64,000 nt of DNA, taken from Thraustochytrium aureum (taxonomy: Eukaryota). The notes beneath the pieces were generated by a model. It was not told the origin of the DNA, made no database searches, and saw nothing but the letters and a program-made list of their open reading frames with translations. Location of the stretch: the NCBI GenBank assembly GCA_012862495.1, contig BLSG01000419.1, forward strand, positions 74,121-138,120, in the 5' to 3' direction. Both the position numbers and the translations under genes were made by a program. Below, one piece after another: positions 56,099 to 64,000 of the stretch (position 1 is the stretch's first letter; every line of letters begins with the position of its first letter).

Positions 56099-57762
56099 CT
56101 ACGCGAGGTGCAGTGCAGGCGCTGTGGTCGAGCAGCCCCGGCGAAGGCCCTCGTCAAAGCCCGTCGAAATGATCAGCTGCGGCTTGCTCTTGACTTGGCC
56201 CCGGTCACCTTGCGGCTCGGGGCACCTCCCCTCCTCGGACAGGGCCTGCTTGGCGCGGTCTGCTTGCTCCGAGTCCTCGTAGACATGCTCAGGCTCGGGG
56301 GGGCTGGCGTGCTTGTTCGCTTGCAGCTCGAGCGCGGCTCGCGTCACGGGCCCAAACCGGACGTACGACGACGGGAAGAGCCCTTCTCGTTCCCCAATGC
56401 GGCCGCGCATCCAATGCTCGTCCAATTCCGACAAAATGATCACCAACTGGCCGCGCTTGAGCGAGATTTGCCCCTGCGACGAAGCTTTGAAGGGATGCAC
56501 CGCGACCGCTTTCGCAGGGCCGTCGGGCGCGAGAGCCTCGCAGTNNNNNNNNNNNNNNNNNNNNNNNNNNNNNNNNNNNNNNNNNNNNNNNNNNNNNNNN
56601 NNNNNNNNNNNNNNNNNNNNNNNNNNNNNNNNNNNNNNNNNNNNNNNNNNNNNNNNNNNNNNNNNNNNNNNNNNCCATAGTACCAGTTCTGGTCGACCTC
56701 GCGCAGGATCTCCACCTCGCAGCCAGGCTCCAGTGGACCGAGGTCGCCTTGCTGCTCTGCTGCAAAGCGAAACTTTACTAGCCCAAACCGGTTCGGCGGC
56801 GGCTTCGGTTCGACGACGGCCTGCCGGAGCAGGAACCCGCTCGACTTTCGCGAGAGCTTGCGGATAAGCGCTATCGCCGAGTTTGCCGTCGAGTCATCTT
56901 GCGTTGGCTCTTCGCCCGTCGAGCGGGCCCGTTGCGAACTGCGTTGAGGAAGGGGGGGTGGTCGTACGCGCGCTTCGGGCTCGTTGCTCACCTGGTGGCC
57001 AACGTCAGCCTGGCAACCAGCCAGGTTGCGAACGGACTGCGGTTGCGCGCGGACCGCGTAGCCCGGGTTGTTGCGTTGCGCTTTGCGGGCCGAAAACGAT
57101 TCGCGGTATTCTTGCAGCGGCGAAGCTGGTTTTGGGATTGATGCGCTGTTTGAGGCGCGCCGAGCGAGCTGCACGTGCTGGCTGCCGGAGGGCAACTTGC
57201 CAGAGCTCAAAGCGCTCGCCAGGTCCTCGTGCTCTGGCGCCGTATGCAGGTGTCCACCGGCGCTTGGGGGACTTTGAAGAAACGCAGCGTACGAGGCCGG
57301 AAAGATTCCTTTGGCACCGTCATCAAGACACCCGTAGAACCACTCGTCGCCAGCCTTTGCCGAAACGGTGATGAATTCCCCCGCCGAGAAGCCAAGGTCG
57401 CCTTGCTCGACAGAGTCGAAAGAATACTTGGCGCGAGCGATGCGTGGCTTGCTAAAGAACTGCAAGGAGTCGTACTGCTCCTGTGCGCCGGCGAGCTGGT
57501 CTCGGACGGCGGGCACACTGTCGTGGCCTTGGCTACGCGCTCTGGGATCTGGCAGATGTTGCTCCCTGTTAGTTTGAGTTGGGCGCAGTCTCGCTGTCCT
57601 AGACGGCTTTCTCGCGTGGCGCCGAATGGCAGGGCGTCGGAGGACCGCAGAGTGGTCCATCGCCGGTTTTAAGGCGCAGTCGGCGCTTGGCGTAGGGCCT
57701 GCAACGGGCTCCCGTGGGGTCGGGCGAGGAGGAGGAGCCGGGGGCTGCCGTGCTGGGCCCAT
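56099..57762 (-). CDS. Multi-SH3 adaptor protein (at least 3 SH3 domains, Pro-rich N-terminus); internal gap
   Basis: AKYSF...GDLGFSAGE...WFYG...GIFPASY; KFRF...GDL...QNWYY; HPF...ISLKRGQ...WMRG...GLFPSSYV. Confidence 0.88.
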
Positions 57763-59081
57763 TGCGGCAGCGATTCGTGCTTGGCTTGATTGATGGCCTC
57801 GGCTTTCTGATCGTGTCAACGCCGCGTCGTCGTCCGGTTTTGGGTTTGGGCTGGCTCAAGCTCGAGCTCCGCTTGCTCTCGAGGAGTGAAGCGCGCTAGG
57901 GGACTCGTTCGCGCCAAGAATGCTCTTTTGGCGGCAACTTGATTCGCGAGGGGCAGTGCTCCAGCCAGGGACAGCCAAACGGCACCGTTGGCTTGCGCTC
58001 TAGCAAGGTTCGGCTGTCTCGTGGCTCATGGGGGCCGGCCGGATTTACTCTGGCCGGCTATGAGGAGAGATTCTGTCGTTTCCACGATTCGCCTTGCCGA
58101 AACGCCAAGGCGCTTGTTTGCTAAACGAACGAGTGCCCGCCATTCGTCGCGCGTCCCACTGTGGGCGGCGCAACGACAGCAGAAGCATAGTCGTAGGCGC
58201 ACGAGATGATTCCGAGAGAACAGGTCTGCTTGGACGACACGAGCAAGCGCACTCGCTTTCTTAGCACCGGAGCCCTTGCCTGGAGCGGGTCGCTCGAGGC
58301 CGGCCGCAAGAGTGACCATTCTCCCTTGCTCTGCCAATGGAGGCGCCTGAAGAAGCCCTTGGCGGCGCCATCGAGACGACTGGGGTGGGAGGGATGTCCT
58401 CTGGCTCTCCCGGAATTGACTGTCACCAGGCGCACATCACCTGGGGTCATGGTGAGGAAAGATCGAGTATGTCGCACGAGGCTCGAGAGGACCCCGAAAG
58501 CGCAGAGCAAAAGGCAGGTTCGGCCAACCTAACGCAACGCTCGCTCGTCGAGAGCTAGAGCGGCACCTGTGCGTGCGCTTCTCACGCCCTCCGAGTCAAC
58601 GGCCTGCAGGAGCCATTGCCTTGCTAAATTGAAAAAAAGTGTCCGTTGAACGGGTGCGTGATGTGCCTGCTTCGAGCACCTCGAGCAGAAGGTGAGTTTA
58701 CTGAAATGCGAGCAGAAGCGCCACGCTACACACGCACCCTGTTGCCCACTCAGTTGGACAGACGCGCGTTCGCTACTCAAACTGCTTTTGTGTAACGCTG
58801 GACCCAGGAGACAATGGTTGTGGCGTTTCCGAGCCGCGCCTTTTGGCTCCTGCAGACAGCGGAGCCTCGTGCCGCACGCGCATGCATATTCCCTGTCGCC
58901 ACGAAAGGCCAAGCTCAAGCAACAAGTCAGGGGGATTTGAATCGCGGAGGCACCTCTGGCTGAAGTGGCTTTCCTCGCTGGTAGTGCCGCGAGCCACTCT
59001 CGGCATTCTCACCAGAGAAATTTGGCAGAAACGGAATTGGGAAACGGATCCGTGCCACTCTCACGCGATTGGCTGCGTAGA

Positions 59082-60392
59082 ATGCAACCCACTAGGCAAT
59101 CTCTGCAACGCGCTCGCCACGCCGAGGCGACGTGGCAGGCGACTGCGAGCGGCGCGGGCAAGATGGTCGTCCGGTCTTGTCTCGAGCCGGCGTGGCCAGC
59201 CACGGGCTCTTGCTTCGGCTTCGGAAAGTGCACGGAAGACAACACCACAGATCTGGCTGCGCGGTGCCAGTGCGAGATTGGGTGGACAAACGCGGGCGAC
59301 ATGAACGTGGCAGGGCTCGACTGCAGCACGCACCTCGGCGCGACCCGTATCTTGTGGGGTATTAGCGCGTTGGTCTGGCTGCCTTTCTTCGCGGTTGCGT
59401 TGAGCAACGTGCGACTCGTCGTTGCAATCCACTGGCTGAAAAAGCACGGGGCACCCAGCGCAGCCAGCGTCAAGTCGAGGTACATCCCCGTCTTTGCTCT
59501 GATTGGCACAGCAGCGTACGAAACGCTCTGCGTCCGCAAAGTTTTCGACCCGCGAGCCAGCATTGGGCAGGACGTGGTCTGCACGCTGGGTTTTGCAACA
59601 GCATCGATTGGGTTTTGGAGCTGCGGCGTTGGCTTCGGGGAGAAGCTCATGCTGCTGATCATCAAGCAAAGCAACGCGCAGAGGGACACATTAATCATCC
59701 GTATCGTGGCGCTGTACCGGACCTGGTCTTGGTTGCTCCTCTTAGTTGCTATGTCAGCTGGCACCGTCGTGCCCGTGGCAATGCTCGCGAAACCGCACAA
59801 TGCGGTTTGGGTGCACCGTCTTGGCCAGACGCACCTGCTCGGAATGATGTTTGTGATCCAATCGTTCGGGGCGTTCTTCTATTTTGTCGTGACACGGTGT
59901 CTTGCGTGCCTCAAAGAAACGGAGGCTGCGCTGGGCAAGACCGACAGCTCGATGGATCTGTCGTTAAAGTTAGCGAAGCCCAGGAGTGGGCAGGGGCCGA
60001 AAGCGCCAACAACCCTGGCGAGTCTGGTGAAGCTGCGAAAGAGGCTGCAGTTTTTCCGACAGCAAGTCTTCCTTCAAGCGCTCGCGAACGGCTTGACAGC
60101 GCTTGGCTTTGGACTGTGGCCGTACCTCAACATCAAAATGGGGTACAACCTGGTCACGATGTGGACCGGCGCCGCGATATTTGGATTGCTTGTGTCTCTG
60201 ATTGAAAATTCGTACTTGCAACGCATTGTCAAAACGGCGACGGACCAGTATAGTGCGCACAGGGCGCGCTCGCGTCAAACGCAGGGTGGGGAGGCTCGTA
60301 GCGAACCGCATGTGCACCCGATTGACGGAGAAGCGTCGTCGACGGAGTTTAAAGGCAGAACCACAATGCCTCTCGCCCAAAGTATGACGTGA
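59082..60392 (+). CDS. Seven-TM receptor-like protein with N-terminal EGF-like domain (start 59082 or 59163)
   Basis: C...CFGFGKC...CQCEIGW...DC followed by seven hydrophobic segments, with a long basic loop between TM5 and TM6. Confidence 0.72.
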   Translation: MQPTRQSLQRARHAEATWQATASGAGKMVVRSCLEPAWPATGSCFGFGKCTEDNTTDLAARCQCEIGWTNAGDMNVAGLDCSTHLGATRILWGISALVWLPFFAVALSNVRLVVAIHWLKKHGAPSAASVKSRYIPVFALIGTAAYETLCVRKVFDPRASIGQDVVCTLGFATASIGFWSCGVGFGEKLMLLIIKQSNAQRDTLIIRIVALYRTWSWLLLLVAMSAGTVVPVAMLAKPHNAVWVHRLGQTHLLGMMFVIQSFGAFFYFVVTRCLACLKETEAALGKTDSSMDLSLKLAKPRSGQGPKAPTTLASLVKLRKRLQFFRQQVFLQALANGLTALGFGLWPYLNIKMGYNLVTMWTGAAIFGLLVSLIENSYLQRIVKTATDQYSAHRARSRQTQGGEARSEPHVHPIDGEASSTEFKGRTTMPLAQSMT

Positions 60393-60527
60393 TTGCTGCG
60401 CGCGACTCCCAAGGCCCAAAACTCTCCAAGTATTTTGTTTTCGTTTTCGGTTTTGTATTTGTGCACCCAGCCACCCACCCTAAGCCGCAGGCTTCCTGCA
60501 GACAAAGCTCAGCTGAAGGGGGGGGGC

Positions 60528-62070
60528 TCAATCCTCCTCCTCCAGCTCTTCCTCAATCTCCTTTGCCAGCTCTTCCTCGGACTTTTTCTCGTCCTCGTCA
60601 ACCTGGTCGTGCTTGGCCTTGTGCGCATCAGGCGGGTACCGCATCGCTTTGACGGCGTCATTGTGCATGCTGAGACAAAATTGGATGCGCTTGTGGAACG
60701 CTTGCTGCGGCTCGTTGGTTGAGTAGATATCCAGCACATCGTTCGACATGAGCTGGCCCTTCTCGTGGTCGATTTTCGCGTCGATGACGCCGTCCCTGAT
60801 GGACTTGGCGCACGCAAGCTCGGCGCTCTCAGGGCTGTCGAGCGCCAATCGCATGGCTACATCTTTGAACGAGATGCGGCTGTACGAGAGGTTGATGCGG
60901 CGCAGTCCCGTGCGGATCACCGAGTTGCGTAGGCGCACAACTAGCGTGGACACCTTGTCGCGGGCGAAGGCGGCCGCGTGGGCCTTGCAGACGTTGTCAT
61001 ACTCGGCAAGACTGCCGTTGCGAACGGCCTTGCAGAGCTCAAAGTAGGGCTGCAGAGGCACCGCCAGCTCGGGGTTGGAAAAGTACGTCCGCTCGGGCAT
61101 GTCGCCCATGAGGAGCTGGACGATAGCGGCCAGCTTGTGCACCGTGATGCGAAACCCGAGAGCGGTGTGCTGTGGCGCCTTGCGCATGGCCTGCGTGAGG
61201 TTGGCGAAGGCGAGCGAGTAGTCGAGCTGGATTGCGTGGATGCGGCCCATGTAGTAGAGGTAGCGCACTTGCTGGTTGTTGGAGACGTTCTCGGGGAAGT
61301 GGGCTTTGCTGGCAAACTTTGCGGCCTGCTCGATGAGGTTGGCCTCGCAAAAGCTGCGCAAGATGAGGTTGACCAGCGTGACTTGCAGAAACTCGCTCAG
61401 GCGCAGGCAGGCCGTGCGGTGCGCCGCAAGAAGCTCGGTGCGAAGCTCGGCCAGCTGGCCCTTGAGCTCGGCGCACCTCGCCTTGAAGTGGTACGCGCGC
61501 GCTAGCAGGATGTCGAGCGTGGGTCGAGCCACATGGCTGGCTCCGACTTCCTCGATGAGACTCGACACGCTCTTCATTGCTGCGTCCACAAGCTTGCGCT
61601 CCAGCAGTGCATTCACTACAAACAGGTGCAGGTAGGCGAGCACCTCCGGGAGGGCCTCTGTTTTGCGCTCCATCTTGGCCAAATCGGCACGTTTCGTTGC
61701 GGCAGCCGCGGCAGCCTCAGCTGCGACCTCGGCGTCGCCCTCTTCGGCGTCGACCTCCCATCGCAGACCCGGATCCCTCGCGAGATGCGGCGTCCAGGTC
61801 GCTATGGAGCGCCGCGGCCACCGGGGACCGCGACGGCACCCAAACGTCCATCACGGCCCGAAAGTCGTCGAGCCCCAGACGCTTGCGGATGAACGTGTGT
61901 TTGCGCAGCACGCGCTTCACCCCGGACTGGTCCTTGTTGGCAACGGAAGCCACCAGAAGCTGCACGTTGTCCATCAGGGCGTCCACTGGCCCGACGACCT
62001 TGACCTTTTCGGCCTTGGGCTTCTTCCCCTCGGCATTGGCCGCCACCGCAACATTCTCCTTCTTGCCCAT
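60528..62070 (-). CDS. PSMD3: 26S proteasome lid subunit RPN3; apparent frameshift near 61740
   Basis: HRTACLR, FPENVSNNQQVRYLYYMGRIHAIQLDYS, RKAPQ, LRRINLSYSRIS, KSIRDGVIDA, DIYSTNEPQQAFHKRIQFCL.MHNDAVKAMRYPP. Confidence 0.96.
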
Positions 62071-62377
62071 TCTNNNNNNNNNNNNNNNNNNNNNNNNNNN
62101 NNNNNNNNNNNNNNNNNNNNNNNNNNNNNNNNNNNNNNNNNNNNNNNNNNNNNNNNNNNNNNNNNNNNNNNNNNNNNNNNNNNNNNNNNNNNNNNNNNNN
62201 NNNNNNNNNNNNNNNNNNNNNNNNNNNNNNNNNNNNNNNNNNNNNNNNNNNNNNNNNNNNNNNNNNNNNNNNNNNNNNNNNNNNNNNNNNNNNNNNNNNN
62301 NNNNNNNNNNNNNNNNNNNNNNNNNNNNNNTCGGGCCGCCGAGCNGGAAAGGCAGCAAGCCGCCCTGAGCAAGTCCG

Positions 62378-62490
62378 CAGCCGCTGCCGCTGCCGCTGCC
62401 GCTGCCGCTGCTCTTGCTGCTGCTGCTCCTGCTGCTCCTGCTGCTGCTCCTGCTGCTCCTGCTGCTGCTCCTGCTGCTCCTGCTGCTGCT
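62378..62490 (+). repeat. (GCT/GCC/CCT)n trinucleotide tract
   Basis: gctgccgct...gctgctcct run. Confidence 0.9.
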
Positions 62491-62549
62491 GGTCAAAGGG
62501 CGTCTGGAGCCCCGCCGTTGCTGCTTCGAAGCTGTTCACTCTGCCCTGG

Positions 62550-62770
62550 ATATCCATATTAAGATACTAAATTTCAATACTAAGATGGAAGCGTTGTATC
62601 CCTTGCTCGCATGAAATATATTAGAATTCAATATTCGTCGAACCAAGTCAAACTATGCCATTCTCTTGACGAGTCAGGACTCACAGCGTCCAATACTGTT
62701 ATTCAATACTAATAGCTCTGTGCGGCGCATTTGAATACGGAATGTCAAGACTATAGAGAATTCATTTTCA
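62550..62770 (+). repeat. AT-rich element related to the repeat at 47398-47596
   Basis: TCAATACTAAGATGGAAG (62574) versus TCAATACTAATATGGAAG (47522); further CAATACT copies near 62690-62712. Confidence 0.65.
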
Positions 62771-62789
62771 GACCAGACAGACTCCGACG

Positions 62790-63220
62790 ATGAGCGAGCT
62801 GCGGGCGGCGGGGATGGCGCTCGTGGCCGGCGGCGATGCTCGCGTCGTGGTGGACTTCGCGCCGGAGCTGGTCGAGGGCATATTGGCCGGCAGAAAACGG
62901 GCCACGACGCGCTGGAGGCCGCCTGCGATCCAGGGCGACTTGCCCGTCGATGCGCTGGCCACCTGCGCCGGAATGGTGTTTGCCAGGGTGAGGATCACCG
63001 CGCTGGCGCACGCGACGCTGATGCAGGTTCGCGCGGACGCTGACCTGGCGGCGGTGGAGGACTTGGAGTCGGGCGAGCAGCTGGTGCGCTTGCTCGAGTT
63101 CTTTACCCGGATATGCCGCGGGAGGAGAACGAGCTCGTGCACGTGTTCTACTTTGAGGTGCAGGAAGCGCTCGCCGAGCGCGGCGAGTTTGTGCCGCTGC
63201 CCGGGGACTGCGTGATTTAG
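62790..63220 (+). CDS. Stand-alone ASCH-domain protein; apparent frameshift near 63105
   Basis: DFAPELVEGILAGRKRATTR (GxKxxTxR), FARVRIT and LAAVEDLES.EQL..LL. A shifted frame continues YPDMPREENELVHVFYFEV to TAG at 63220. Confidence 0.8.
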
Positions 63221-64000
63221 GAGCGCGTGCGATACGAGGCGGGCTCACGCCGCCGCGAGGTCGTGCGCGGAGAAAAAAATCTCTCTTGCAAGTGCGTTGC
63301 TGCGCTCGATCTGCTCCTGGCGCTCCGCCTCACGGAAGCGCCCCGCTTGTGCGCTGATGGAGGCCTGGAACGCGCTTCGTCTGCGGATCTCGCGGCGGAG
63401 GTAGCGCACCTTGGGTTGGTTGAGTTGGGCCGCGCGCACAGGCGGCTTGGAGAATGTGGCCGAGTAGGGCGCCGCGGTTGGCAAATCGCTTTGCCCACCA
63501 TACGGGGCCCTCTTCGGCTGCTGGGCACGTTTGTGCTCCTCGACGCGGTTCATGCTAGTCCATATGTCCTGGGGGCCGTGGCGAGGCAGCTCTGCGCGAC
63601 TCTCTGATCGACCCTTGCCGCACCGAATGGTCGCAAGATGGTGGGCTGCCAGCGCTTGACTCAGTCCGCGAGGCAGGCCTTCGCGCGAAGTTACGCGAGG
63701 GGCTGGATAGGGGCGTAGCGCTGGGGCTGGCGCTGAGGGCTGGATATCTTCCACTTTTGGAGCTGGAGGCGCCTTCTGCTGCTGCCGCGGCTTTGGTGGC
63801 CGGCTTGTCCGGGGGTGTCGTTTGGCGCGCCTCGGGCGCGGTCGTGCTCGTGCAACTCTGCCACTTGCAAATGGAGGATAGCAGAGAGGCCCCCGTTCGC
63901 GGCGTCATATTCTTGCAAGTGCTTGCTGAGCGCGTCCTCGCACGGGCTGGCCATTTGGTCGGGTTGCAGCACTGCGCTGCCGCGCAGCTTCCATCGCCAA
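63217..64000 (-). CDS. Hypothetical protein, probably frameshifted; may extend beyond the window
   Basis: Overlapping ORFs 63245-63754 and 63691-63972 with coding-like composition; no family recognised. Confidence 0.4.

Overview
Gene-dense, GC-rich eukaryotic scaffold from a draft assembly with many N gaps and few introns. It carries a G-alpha subunit, proteasome subunits and ciliary genes, which suggests a flagellated protist, probably a stramenopile of the thraustochytrid/labyrinthulomycete type (inference only). About 30 genes or gene fragments are recognisable, including MORN5, OSCP1, a membrane-anchored S8 subtilase, G-alpha, CEP164-like, UreD, NEMP, SLC37-like, SLC35B2, an O-fucosyltransferase, PSMA3, PHAX, a multi-SH3 protein and PSMD3/RPN3. 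Small frameshifts in essential genes look like sequencing errors. No rRNA, tRNA or CRISPR array was recognised. The most unusual items are: a PP2C phosphatase fused to a reticulon domain; a ribosomal-L9 N-terminal domain inside a calcyphosin-like EF-hand protein; a type II membrane protein with Cys/Trp repeats and a LicD-like domain lacking its DxD motif; a phage-like C39-fold protein with Ala at the usual Cys; a stand-alone prokaryote-type ASCH protein; an EGF-7TM receptor-like protein; and a homologous AT-rich element upstream of both proteasome genes. All family calls come from motif recognition by eye, with no database searches.
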